NCBI GenBank assembly: GCA_964549615.1
Contig: CAZJVP010000081.1
Location: 22,892-86,891 of the forward strand
DNA length: 64,000 bases
Source: an uncultured Thermococci archaeon
Lineage (GTDB): Archaea; CAYQAE01; CAYVLA01
Reading direction: 5' to 3'
Below, one piece after another: positions 18,950 to 29,200 of the stretch. Made by a program: the position numbers and the translations under genes. Each line of letters begins with the position of its first letter. The stretch's first letter is position 1. The notes beneath the pieces were generated by a model that searched no databases, was not told the DNA's origin, and saw only the letters and a program-made list of their open reading frames with translations.

Positions 18950-19345
18950 ATGAGGACGGCGCTGCTCAAGGGAAAAACGCTCTACACGCCCTATGGCAGG
19001 CTTAGATGTCCTACCGGCCTGGCCGGCTCGGATGGGGACGGGCAGGCGCCGCTGTTCTCTGGCTCCACTCCTCGCGGATGCATAAGGCGACAGGGGGGCC
19101 AGATCCTCGCCGACATCTGGGACAACAAGGGCACCTGGCTCCTTGAGACCTTCATAGTCGAGATGCCGCAGACGACCGTGAAGCTCCAGGAAAAAGCCCA
19201 TCCCCTTCCGAAACGCGGCACCACGACGCAGTATACTCTGACGATCCCGAAGAACATCGTGGAGTCGCTGTCGTGGAAAAAGGGGGATCGGATTAGGGTC
19301 GCCATGGTATCCGACGACACCGTCGAGATGTTCAAGAAGGCATAG
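18950..19345 (+). CDS. AbrB/MazE-type DNA-binding protein with an N-terminal extension
   Basis: QYTLTIPKNIVESLSWKKGDRI; TATA-like CTTTTTAT at ~18900; GAGGAGGAG ribosome-binding site. Confidence 0.75.
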   Translation: MRTALLKGKTLYTPYGRLRCPTGLAGSDGDGQAPLFSGSTPRGCIRRQGGQILADIWDNKGTWLLETFIVEMPQTTVKLQEKAHPLPKRGTTTQYTLTIPKNIVESLSWKKGDRIRVAMVSDDTVEMFKKA

Positions 19346-19863
19346 CGCGGTCGAACCACCGACGCGAGGCCTTCTTTACCTATCCCCGCGGCGCTCCGAA
19401 CAATCCTGCGCGAAGCTTTCGCCATCCTTCGTCCCGAACAGACCATTCCGTCTCGCTAGCCGGCCATTCCAGCCGACGGCGAGAACCGATGCAAAACGTC
19501 CCGGAAGACCACTCGTTCCCTTCGGTTCCCCGCGACTCCCTCCGATCATCCCAGGACTGGAGGCGAACGGAATCCAAAAGGTGAGCGGCCCTATGCCCAT
19601 CTCACTGGGCCCAGTCAGCACACGATGGTCGCCACGTATCCACACCGACCTAAGTCTCCGTCCGAATGCTGCGGCACGAATGTCGTGAGCTCGCCGGCCG
19701 CGGCCAGGCAATGCCCGTGAAGGATCGGGGTTGGCGATGATACAGGATTGAGCGGCGGTGGCCAACGCATCAACGGGGCAATAGGTCCCTCCTACTTGGG
19801 GATCGACGGACCTGCGATCAATACGAAACAAGTGGTCAGCGACAAAGTTCACGGCAAAGCTCA

Positions 19864-19920
19864 TTGCAGCGGCGCGGAATACCCGACTGACACATGTGTC
19901 AACCTACCGCGCCGCCGCAA
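19864..19920. repeat. 57-bp imperfect inverted repeat centred on TGACACATGTGTCA (site B)
   Basis: Outer arms TTGCAGCGGCGCGG / CCGCGCCGCCGCAA (one mismatch) around a perfect 14-bp palindrome. Confidence 0.8.
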
Positions 19921-20141
19921 CAGGCGCTTCTTGCTTGAACTGGAAGACCCTGATGGTCCTCATTGATCGACACTCGAATCAGTCGAGTCCGTCGAATGCG
20001 CTGATGCATCGTGAAGCCACATCGACGGGACCGTCCTCCTTCGTAGCTTCCCAGCAGACTTGCCCACAGACCAGCCTGCAGGGGAGAGGTTTTCTGAGGT
20101 AGCCAAAGGTGCGCAGATCGATTCCGTCGCTTTGTGGTCAA

Positions 20142-20185
20142 CGCCGTCGTGAATGCCACATGTATCAACGTCACGAAACTCGGCG
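20142..20185. repeat. Imperfect inverted repeat centred on ACATGTATC (degenerate site C)
   Basis: CGCCG-TCGTGA...ACATGT...TCACGA-CGGCG. Confidence 0.6.
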
Positions 20186-20992
20186 AGCTAGGAAGCAAGC
20201 CGCCCAGAGCCACGGGGGCGTTTCTCCCGACGCAATTCGGAAGGTGAGCGGATTCCCGAACCTCCTTGCAAGGGATCCATTCGATGCAGCGCCGAACGCC
20301 ACGCAGCCTGCGCGTGCCGGGTTGTTCCCTTGAAAGAGCAACCGACAACCTGGGCGGAACTGCAGGAAGGCGAGCAGACGCTTAAAGGAAGACCCGAATG
20401 TTCGGGTGACGTTGCCTCCCGAAAAGAAGGAAATGGCGGAAAGCTCGACTGGGCTTCGTCGGCGAGGAAATATTCTCCGCAACCTTGAACCCTCGATGCG
20501 CTTGCTATCTAGCCCTCCAAGAAGGTTGCACACGTAGGTTCATGGGCGGGGAATGATCCCGACCGGCCGAACACTGCTACCGCCCGATCCTAGGAATGCT
20601 ACTCTTTCACGAGGAGAAGGGAACATTCCCTACAGGGAATGATATTTCGCGGCCTCGGCACGGCCAACCTCAGAGACTGAAGTGCTGACGCGCCCGTGCG
20701 CCGAAGGTCGCGGAAGGGCTCTTGACAGGGATGACCCGCCTCGGTGCAGTGCCACCTTCCTATCAAGGACAGGCCGCGGCGCGGAAAGCACCGACATCCG
20801 TGCCGGGAAGCCAGATGAACAATTCCCTTGATCGGCCGCAAGTTCACCGTTGAGAATCCTCTTGGGCCTTCAGCCGACCTTGAGCATGAGTGCAATACGA
20901 GACAGACGTGCACCTGGAACCGGCACCGCCAGCGCCCTGACCAGGAGGGGCGGGATTCGCGAAACGGGCAACGCACCGGATGAGACGCCGCC

Positions 20993-21004
20993 AAAGATAT
21001 TTAA
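20993..21004 (+). promoter_or_regulatory. Putative BRE/TATA promoter of the RHH gene
   Basis: AAGATATTTAA immediately upstream of site D. Confidence 0.55.
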
Positions 21005-21036
21005 TGCGCGCATTGATACTTGTATCAGGAGGCAGC
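21004..21036. repeat. Site D: ATGCGCGCATT-GATAC-TT-GTATC-AGGAGGCAGC
   Basis: Shares the 13-mer TGATACTTGTATC with site E; flanks are inverted relative to site E. Confidence 0.85.
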
Positions 21037-21078
21037 TGGTTGCCGGTCACCCTCACGGGAGAGGAATACGTCGATATC

Positions 21079-21705
21079 ATGGGCGTCCTCTTCGCCTCGC
21101 AGTACCTTTCAGGTCGAGAGTCGTACCTGCGTCTTACGCAATGGAAGGACGAGATAACGAACGTGCTGGGCCAGAACGGCTTCTCCCAAGACAAGATCGA
21201 GCAACTTTCCAAGAGATTCACGCAGAAGGTCGAGCAGATCCGCGAGCAGACGGCGGACTGGCGCGAGAAACTGTTTGAAACTACGGGGATTACCCCCGCG
21301 CCGGGCACCGAAACCACGTCCGTGAGGATGCTGGCCCAAGATAACCAGATCATCGACATGCTGGTTGACCTAGGCTTCCAGAACTCACGAAGCGATGCGA
21401 TCGCGTACTTTGCCCACAAGGGGATAGAGTACCATAGGTACTGGCTCTGGCTCCATAAGGATGACATTGCAAAGGCGATAATCTCGCACAGGAAGATCGC
21501 CGATGAAATCAGGGGCAGGAGCGAGATTCCCGTCCACTGCCCAAGGTGCAAGCAGGTCCTCGCCATGCACAGCGACTATGTGATCTGGCGGTCGGGAGGC
21601 GTAAGTCCGACCACCGTCACCTGTCCGACCTGCAAGACGAGATGGACCTACGAGATCGATGTGCGGGGCAAGGTTGCCACGAGGCCCGCAACGGGTACTC
21701 GGTAG
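21079..21705 (+). CDS. Putative ribbon-helix-helix (CopG-like) regulator with a C-terminal Zn ribbon
   Basis: TTSVRM...IIDMLVDLGFQNSRSDAIAYF..KGI matches the RHH pattern; CPRC...CPTC; GGGAGAGGA upstream of ATG 21079. Confidence 0.65.
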   Translation: MGVLFASQYLSGRESYLRLTQWKDEITNVLGQNGFSQDKIEQLSKRFTQKVEQIREQTADWREKLFETTGITPAPGTETTSVRMLAQDNQIIDMLVDLGFQNSRSDAIAYFAHKGIEYHRYWLWLHKDDIAKAIISHRKIADEIRGRSEIPVHCPRCKQVLAMHSDYVIWRSGGVSPTTVTCPTCKTRWTYEIDVRGKVATRPATGTR

Positions 21706-21736
21706 CAGCCCTGATACTTGTATCGAACGCGCGCAT
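21705..21736. repeat. Site E: GCAGCCCT-GATAC-TT-GTATC-GAACGCGCGCAT
   Basis: Begins at the stop codon of the RHH gene; mirror of site D. Confidence 0.85.
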
Positions 21737-21877
21737 CGAAGGTCCCCGTTCCCCAGTTCCTCTAACCAAGCCGAGCCTCTTGCCCGGGGCTCCCATTCCT
21801 GCACAAGCACATCGGCCTAAAGAGGCGTTGCGCAAGATTAATGGGCCAAGCCGGAGACCCTAGATCAGTGTAGCGCC

Positions 21878-23605
21878 TTGCTGAACGCAGACGTTGCCGA
21901 GGCGTTGGACGAGATCGCGGACATCCTGGAGATCCAAGGGGATAGGTTTAGGCCGAGGGCGTACAGGAGGGCCGCACGCTCGATCGAGAGCTCATCGGCC
22001 GACCTGGTCCAGCTGATGGCCTCCAACCAGCTCACCCGTATCCCCGGGGTAGGCGAGAGCATTGCCTCAAAGATTAGCGAGTTCGTACAGACCGGCCGGA
22101 TCACCTATCTGGAAGAACTGCGCAAGAAGGTCCCGAGCGGGGTGGCCCAACTTCTCAAGATCCCGGACGTTGGGCCGAAGACGGTCAAGCTCTTCTATGA
22201 GAAGCTGGGCATAGCCTCGATCGACGATCTAGAGCGGGCGATAGAGAGCAAGAAGCTTAGGACACTCAAGGGCATCGGGCCGAAGACCGAGGAGAACCTG
22301 ATCCGGGGAATCAACCTCGTGCGGAGGGGAGGCAGCAGGATGTTGTTGGGACGTGCCCTTCCCGTCGGCCTTGAGATCCAAAGACACCTCTCATCCACGC
22401 CGGGCGTGCAGAGGATCAGCCTAGCCGGATCGCTCAGAAGGATGAAGGAAACGGTGGGAGATCTTGACGTTCTTGTAACGTCGTCCTCACCGCCCGTGGT
22501 CACGGAAGCGTTCACGTCGATGCCGATGGTCAAGCACATCCTGGCCAAAGGTGAAACGAAGTCGAGCGTTCTGCTCACCAACGGCCTTCAGGTTGACCTG
22601 AGGATCGTTCCCGACGACTGCTTCGGCAGCGCGCTCCAGTACTTCACCGGCTCGAAGGAACATAACATCAAGCTCAGGGAGATCGCCCAACGGCGCAGCA
22701 TGAAGCTCAGCGAATACGGGTTGTTCGACGCGAGCGGCAGGAGGATCGCGGGCAGGAACGAGGAAGAGATATACCGTTCGCTGGGGATGAGTTACATCGA
22801 GCCAGAGCTCCGCGAAAACACAGGGGAGATCGAGGCCGCCGCCGAGGGCAAGCTTCCCAAGATCATCACGACCGGCGACATAAGGGGCGACTTCCACGTG
22901 CACAGCTCATGGAGCGATGGCAACCAAGACATACTGAGCATCGCGCTCAAAGCGCGCGCCCTGGGCTACGAGTACATATGCATCACGGACCACTCCCATA
23001 CCCTCAGGATCGCCAGGGGTTTGCACGAAGACCAGGTCCTGAAGCAGGTCGACGAGATACGAGAAGTGAACGCGCAGCTTGGCGATCGGCCGAAGGTGCT
23101 GGCCGGACTGGAAGTGGACATCAAGGCCGACGGTTCCCTCGACACCAAGGATGAGGTTTTGGAGCAGCTCGACCTGGTGATCGCGAGTGTTCACTCCCGC
23201 CTCAAGTCGACCCGCGCGTCGATGACGGAGAGGATGGTCCAAGCGCTCTCGACGGGACTGGTCTCCATACTTGGGCATCCAACCGGCCGGATTCTGGGGC
23301 AGAGGGAAGCATGCGCGCTTGATGAAGACGTGTTATTCGATGCGGCGTTGCAGCACCGGACATGGATGGAGATCAACGCCTTTCCGGATCGCCTCGACCT
23401 AGACGAAGGAATGGCGAGGAGAGCCGCAGGCATGGGCATCAAGCTTGCGATCGGCACCGACAGCCACGACGTTGAACAGCTTAACTACATGATGTTCGGC
23501 GTGGCAGTGGCACGAAGATCCTGGCTCGAGCGAAAGGATGTGGCCAACTGCATGGGCAAGGCCGAAGTCGTCCGGGCGCTTGCGGAGATGAGAGCTAGAC
23601 GGTAG
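21878..23605 (+). CDS. polX: DNA polymerase X with a C-terminal PHP exonuclease domain
   Basis: AYRRAA, HhH motifs, GSLRR, GDLD, VDLR, YFTGSKEHN; PHP HVH, TDH, HPTGR, TDSH. Confidence 0.93.
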   Translation: MLNADVAEALDEIADILEIQGDRFRPRAYRRAARSIESSSADLVQLMASNQLTRIPGVGESIASKISEFVQTGRITYLEELRKKVPSGVAQLLKIPDVGPKTVKLFYEKLGIASIDDLERAIESKKLRTLKGIGPKTEENLIRGINLVRRGGSRMLLGRALPVGLEIQRHLSSTPGVQRISLAGSLRRMKETVGDLDVLVTSSSPPVVTEAFTSMPMVKHILAKGETKSSVLLTNGLQVDLRIVPDDCFGSALQYFTGSKEHNIKLREIAQRRSMKLSEYGLFDASGRRIAGRNEEEIYRSLGMSYIEPELRENTGEIEAAAEGKLPKIITTGDIRGDFHVHSSWSDGNQDILSIALKARALGYEYICITDHSHTLRIARGLHEDQVLKQVDEIREVNAQLGDRPKVLAGLEVDIKADGSLDTKDEVLEQLDLVIASVHSRLKSTRASMTERMVQALSTGLVSILGHPTGRILGQREACALDEDVLFDAALQHRTWMEINAFPDRLDLDEGMARRAAGMGIKLAIGTDSHDVEQLNYMMFGVAVARRSWLERKDVANCMGKAEVVRALAEMRARR

Positions 23606-23700
23606 TTCCGTCCCATGAGTGCTCGAGAAGTGTGTTTTGCATGGGCTAGCGACCTAGCATCGACTCCATGCATCGATCGAACCGCTCCGGAGGGCTCTAC

Positions 23701-23716
23701 AAAGACATTTTTATGG
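23701..23716 (+). promoter_or_regulatory. Putative BRE/TATA promoter of the McrB-FN3-McrC operon
   Basis: AAAGACATTTTTATGG in the polX-mcrB intergenic region. Confidence 0.45.
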
Positions 23717-23792
23717 ATTTGGGAGGGCCGGACGGGAAGCCTGTGCGAAAGTGTTTTAGGCGGCCGTACTATCCCATTTTGAGGGGCGCTCC

Positions 23793-26276
23793 TTGGATAA
23801 GCTAGAATCCACAATTGTGCTGGCCGGCATGAGGCTTTCCCCTTTGGAGATCGCCGCACTTGTATCCTCGTCGCTAGCCTTGGCAGTCCTCGTGGCGAGG
23901 ATGGCACCGGTTGGAGCATACAAGCTCCCGGCCGCGATCGTTGTGTTTCTACTTGCCGCGATGGCCCAGCTCGCCCAGATCCAAAGATCCGGACCGCGGG
24001 ACGCCGTGAGGATCATCGGGCCCCTGAGCCTAATCTGGATCGGGGCAGTTTCCCCCGTCATCTCGATCCAACTCATCGCGATACTTGCGGCACTGGTGAT
24101 GTCCGCCGTCCTGGCGCTGCGCGCAAGGATCTATTCGATGAAGATGACTGACGTCGCGTTGATCGTCGTATCATCGCTGGCGGTCGGGGCTTTCGTATCC
24201 GCCCCCAAGGTCATGGGATACCTGACCATAATGGGACCGGGCACGGCCTTTGCGCTGTCCGCACTGATCTGCTTCATGGGCGAAACGTGGGCGCTCTCCA
24301 AGCCTGGGACTGAAAACCTGCCAAGGACGGCATTCGCTCCGCTCGCCGTCCTAGGGGTCTACCGTCTCGGCCTCTCCAGCATCGACAACGCAGGGGCGAT
24401 CATCCTCGCCGGGCTCTTCTACTACCTTGCGTTCCTGCGGTTGCTGAGGAGCAGGGCGAAGATAATGCATATCCTCGTCCTGGTGGTCGGATCCCTCGCG
24501 CTGTCCGGATTCCTCTGGGGCGAGATCCCCCCGTTGCTGGGAACCGTGGGCTCGGACGCGGAGTGGTTCCTTTTGACGAACTCAGCATTCATGCTTGTGG
24601 TTTCCCTTTGCTACTATCTGTTCACCCCGGGGATAGTGGTCGTGATGACCATTCCGATCTGGTTCCTTGGTCTCTACTGGGTGTTGGACAGGTTCCTAGG
24701 CGATTATAGGCTGGCGGGCGTGTTCAGGGGCGCCGAGCTTGTGGTGGCGGTCGTCGCGTTGGCCGCGGCGTTGGGAGCCATGCAGTACGCGTCCAGAAGG
24801 GCTGCGGCCACGGCTTACGGTGCCCCGGGAAGGTTTCAGATGAAACACATAGTCGTCTTGCTGATCGCGGCCATCGCCACGGGATCGTTCCTGACTGAGC
24901 CCACGCAGATGGGATACTCTCCGATTCAGGATCAATCGACGTGGTTCTTCGTCTCATCCGGGACGTTTCTTCTCTTAATGATCGCGCTGTCGGCAGCATT
25001 CAGCTCAAGGGCAGTGGCTGCGGTCTTCGGCCCATTCATAATCCTGTTCGGGTCAAGGGTGGTAGGAGGACAGCTTCAGTACGGACCCCAGATCTTCCTT
25101 GGTGTGGCGGTGCTTCTCTCGATCCTCTCGTGGCTTGTTCTACTTGGAACGGATTTCGTGTCCCGGACCGTCGACTCGTTCATCGGGAGGTACACGGAAC
25201 GCATGGCCGCCGTGTGGCGCTCCGAGGGCAAGGAAGAGGAGGCTGCAAAGGAGGAGTCAGCGGCTCTGAAGGGAAGGGAGGGACAGGCCCTCCAGATGCC
25301 CCCCGACCTGGACGAGCGGATACGCCGCATAAAGGCGCGCCTTGCCATCGACGAGGGCATCATCCGAGAGGTGGTGACTAACCTCTTGATGGGAAAGGAT
25401 GTAATCCTGATCGGTTCGCCGGGGACGGGCAAGACGGAGCTTGCAAAGATGATCCCCTCGATCATATTCGACAAGCCCTACAGGGTGGAGACGGCCACCT
25501 CGGACTGGACGACGTACGACGTCATCGGCGGCCTGATGTACGATGGAAAGAAGATGACCATCAAGCATGGCTGCGTCACCCAGACCGCGCTCCAAGGCGA
25601 ATGGCTGATCATAGACGAGTTCAACAGGGCTGACATAGACAAGGCCTTCGGTGGAATGTTCACCGCGATCGAGTCGCACCGCCTGAACGTCCCGACCCTA
25701 GACAATACTACGAGGACCATCCGAATACCCGACGACTATAGGATCATCGGCACCCTGAACACGTACGACAGGCACTTTTTGTTCAACATATCATACGCCC
25801 TGATGCGCCGGTTCGCCTTCATCGGGATGCCCATACCTCCGCGAGACGAGGAGCGAGCGATCCTCACCGGAGAGAGGGGAGTGGCGTTCGAGGACCTCAA
25901 GCAGGCACTGGGGCGCGGGAGGGTCGAGAGGGTGCTTTCCAGCACGCCCTACCGGAGCATAGTCGACAAGCTTCTCGACGCCATGAACCCCACCACTGGC
26001 ATCAGGAAGATAAGGGGGATCGGGACGGCCCAGATGATCGACACCATGAGGTTCGTGCTGATGGGAATGCTCACCCAAGGGGACGCTCAGCACTTGGACC
26101 TTCTGGACCGAGCGATCGAGTCCAATGTCCTTCCGCAGTTGGACGGCATGAACAGGGAAATAGACGAGGAGCTTGTGCAGACCATCGAGAGGGTCCTCGG
26201 CAAGGACTCCAGGGTTGCCTCGGAACTCAGGGCAATGACCATGGGACTTGACATACTTGACCAGCTCGCAGCATGA
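23793..26276 (+). CDS. McrB-family AAA+ GTPase fused to an N-terminal polytopic membrane domain (~14-16 TM)
   Basis: Walker A GSPGTGKT, Walker B IIDEFNRAD, KAFG, McrB NxxD signature GTLNTYDR, YALMRRFAF; first ~455 aa almost entirely hydrophobic helices. Start is 23793 (TTG) or 23829 (ATG). Confidence 0.85.
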   Translation: MDKLESTIVLAGMRLSPLEIAALVSSSLALAVLVARMAPVGAYKLPAAIVVFLLAAMAQLAQIQRSGPRDAVRIIGPLSLIWIGAVSPVISIQLIAILAALVMSAVLALRARIYSMKMTDVALIVVSSLAVGAFVSAPKVMGYLTIMGPGTAFALSALICFMGETWALSKPGTENLPRTAFAPLAVLGVYRLGLSSIDNAGAIILAGLFYYLAFLRLLRSRAKIMHILVLVVGSLALSGFLWGEIPPLLGTVGSDAEWFLLTNSAFMLVVSLCYYLFTPGIVVVMTIPIWFLGLYWVLDRFLGDYRLAGVFRGAELVVAVVALAAALGAMQYASRRAAATAYGAPGRFQMKHIVVLLIAAIATGSFLTEPTQMGYSPIQDQSTWFFVSSGTFLLLMIALSAAFSSRAVAAVFGPFIILFGSRVVGGQLQYGPQIFLGVAVLLSILSWLVLLGTDFVSRTVDSFIGRYTERMAAVWRSEGKEEEAAKEESAALKGREGQALQMPPDLDERIRRIKARLAIDEGIIREVVTNLLMGKDVILIGSPGTGKTELAKMIPSIIFDKPYRVETATSDWTTYDVIGGLMYDGKKMTIKHGCVTQTALQGEWLIIDEFNRADIDKAFGGMFTAIESHRLNVPTLDNTTRTIRIPDDYRIIGTLNTYDRHFLFNISYALMRRFAFIGMPIPPRDEERAILTGERGVAFEDLKQALGRGRVERVLSSTPYRSIVDKLLDAMNPTTGIRKIRGIGTAQMIDTMRFVLMGMLTQGDAQHLDLLDRAIESNVLPQLDGMNREIDEELVQTIERVLGKDSRVASELRAMTMGLDILDQLAA

Positions 26277-26277
26277 G

Positions 26278-29200
26278 GTGCGGCCGTTGAGGACGGAATG
26301 GATCCTTGCGCTGGCGTTCGGTCTCTTCGCGTCAACGGTGATGGCGGGAACGGACAGGCAGCTCATGGCTTTCGAGGACAGCTCCTATAGCTTGGAGAAC
26401 CGCTTCTTCAGGACCGGCTCGACCATATACTTCCAGGCGCTCGGGACCGCCCAAGCGTCAAGCCCCGTTCTTTACGTCAGATTGATGGGCGTCGAGATCC
26501 AGGTAGCCCTGACGGAGGTCGCACCCAGGTCAGGCATTTATCGGGGCGTCTTCCGGACCGGTAGCGTCACCGACGATTCCCGGGACATGATAGCGACCTA
26601 CAACGGCGCTGTGCTCCAACTTCGGTCGGATATCGATCGGGACGGGATCACGGGAACCACGGACGTCCTCAACATCACCATCGACGACCAACCCCCCATT
26701 CCCCCGAGGTGGTGCGACGCCAACGCAACGCCCTATGGATCAGTCAGAGTGAACTGGACCGAGTACGGTGAAGCCGACTTCAGACGCTACACCGTTGTTC
26801 GCGCCCTGCGGCAGGATTTTGCCGATGCGGTCGACGTCGCGAACATAACGAACCCCAAGATCTTGCAGTGGACGGATCCTGAGTACAACCTGATCAGCGG
26901 TACCTCCTATTGGTACGGCGTCTACGTCGTTGACCTCGCGGGCAACCCTTCCGTGATCAGGGCGGCCGAGAGGCCCGTCGTGCCCTTCAACGACACCAAG
27001 CCCCCGGGGAAGGTCACCGGGCTGAAGGCCACGGCGCCCGAAGGCGGCAACTCGATTAACCTGACATGGAAGGCAAGCCCTGAGAAGGACGTCGTGGGCT
27101 ATAGCATCTACCATTCCGTCGTCCCGCCGGTGGAGATCGCGAACAGAAACCTGATAGGCTTCGTCACCACCACCAGCTTCCTGCACGAGGGCATCTCGGC
27201 CAACTATCTTCACTTCTACGTCGTCGTCGCGTTCGACGAGGAGGAGAACCCGAGCCCTGCCTCAGCGCCCGTGAATGCAACGCCCGACGATACCCTCCCG
27301 CCGGGACCGCCGACCAACCTCGCCATCTCTACGGACGCGACCGGCTATCTGAATCTGACATGGTCTGCCCCGGTGGGCGAGGAGGTCTACAGATACCGGA
27401 TCTATCGATCCGAGGAGAGCGGCGCCCAGCAGTTCTGGAACCCCCTCGCCTCCACGAGCCAGACCAGTTACCTCGATCAGGCCGTCGTTCACGGGAAGAC
27501 CTACTACTACGTCGTCCGGGCATGCGACAGAGCGGGAAACGAGGAGAAGAACACCATACAGGTCGCCGCAACCTCCGTGGACACAACCCCGCCGAGACCC
27601 CCCAGGGGGCTTAGGGCCGAGGAGACGAACATAGGGGGTAGAATAAAGCTCGTGTGGCTTGCTCCCGGCGGCGAGGTCCCGGCGGAATACTGGATCTTCA
27701 GATCAACCACCCCTGGCGGCCAGAACTTCTCCAACCCCTTGGCCGTCGTTTCAAAGACGCAGTTCACCGATCGGACCGTCCAAGACGGGGTCATCTACTA
27801 CTACGTCGTGAGGGCCGTCGACATCGCCGGCAACGTCGAGACGAACACCAACGAGATAGCCGTTATGTCCCGGGACCTCACCCCACCGCCGCCCGTCCTT
27901 GACGTGATCGCACTCCCGCAGCAAGGCGGCGTGATAGGCGTAGGCTGGATGCCGCCCGGGTCCAATGTCGAGGATCCTGACCTTGCCAAGCAGATACGCG
28001 ACGACGTCCACCACTACAACGTCTACTGGAACACCTACCAAGGATTCAAGCCGGATCCCTCCAAGATGTTTTCGACAACCGAGACCAGCATACGCCACAC
28101 CAACCTGATCGATGGTCAGACCTACTACTACATAGTTCGCAGCGTGGACGCGGCGGGCAATGAGAACAAGGACGATGACAAGACCTCGGCGAGCGCGGTG
28201 GCTGATACCTCGCCGCCGGGCGCACCGACGAACCTCAAGACTTTTCGCCTCGAGGACGGCCGAATCAAGCTCGACTGGGACGCCCCCTCGGGCGAGCAAC
28301 CCTACAGGTACAACATCTACAGGTCGACGGCGCCGGGGACGCAGAGCTACAGATTCCCGTTCGCCATGGCGTTCGCGGAGACCGAGTGGATAGACGACAA
28401 CGTGACGAACGGACAACGCTATTACTACGTCGTCCGCTCGGCCGACTTCCTCCTCAACGAGGACGCGAACACGAATGAGGTCTGGAATTTCTCCGAGGAC
28501 CTCATGCCGCCGCCGGCGCCCAGAGGACTGAAGGTCACTCAGCTGGCGAAGGGCGACCTAATGTTGAACTGGACCGAGCCGGAGTACCAGGTAGCCTCCC
28601 CAAGGGGGACCGTTAGGGACGCTGACAGGGTCGCCTTCTACAGGGTCTACGTCTCGGAATTGCCCGGGCAACAGGACTTCAGCAGGCCCGTTGCAGAGAC
28701 CAAAGAGACCTACTTCATCGACAGGGGATTGAGGGATATGGTCAACTACTATTACGTCGTCAGGTCGGTTGACTCCGCCGGCAACGAGGATGAGAATCGG
28801 AACGAGGTGCGGGGGACCGCCGATGCCAGCCCGCCAAGCCCACCGGTGGATGCGTTCGCGCAGAGAAGCCCGAGGGGCGAGGTCGTGCTCTCGTGGTCGG
28901 ACCCGGACGGGGAACCAGTCTTCGAGTACAGGATATACAAGTTTACTGGAAACGAGACGCAGACCTTCACATCCCCTCTGGCGGTGACAAGGAAGAACCT
29001 CTTCGTTGACAACGACGTTTCACAGGCCGTTCAGTACCGATACGTTATCAGGTCCGTAGACAAGGCCGGGAACGAAGGCCGCAACACCAACGAGATATTG
29101 GCGCCCGTGCTGCTGGGCCCGCCGCTGAAGGTTGAGGCTCGAGCTTCCAAGGGCGGCGCGATCGACCTCACCTGGGAACCGCCGGCCGGAGCAAAGGACT

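Noticed and set aside
25300-26276. Calling the AAA domain a MoxR/RavA chaperone
   Set aside because: It has the McrB NxxD signature (NTYD) rather than the MoxR NP.E motif, its partner is McrC-like, and no VWA gene is present.
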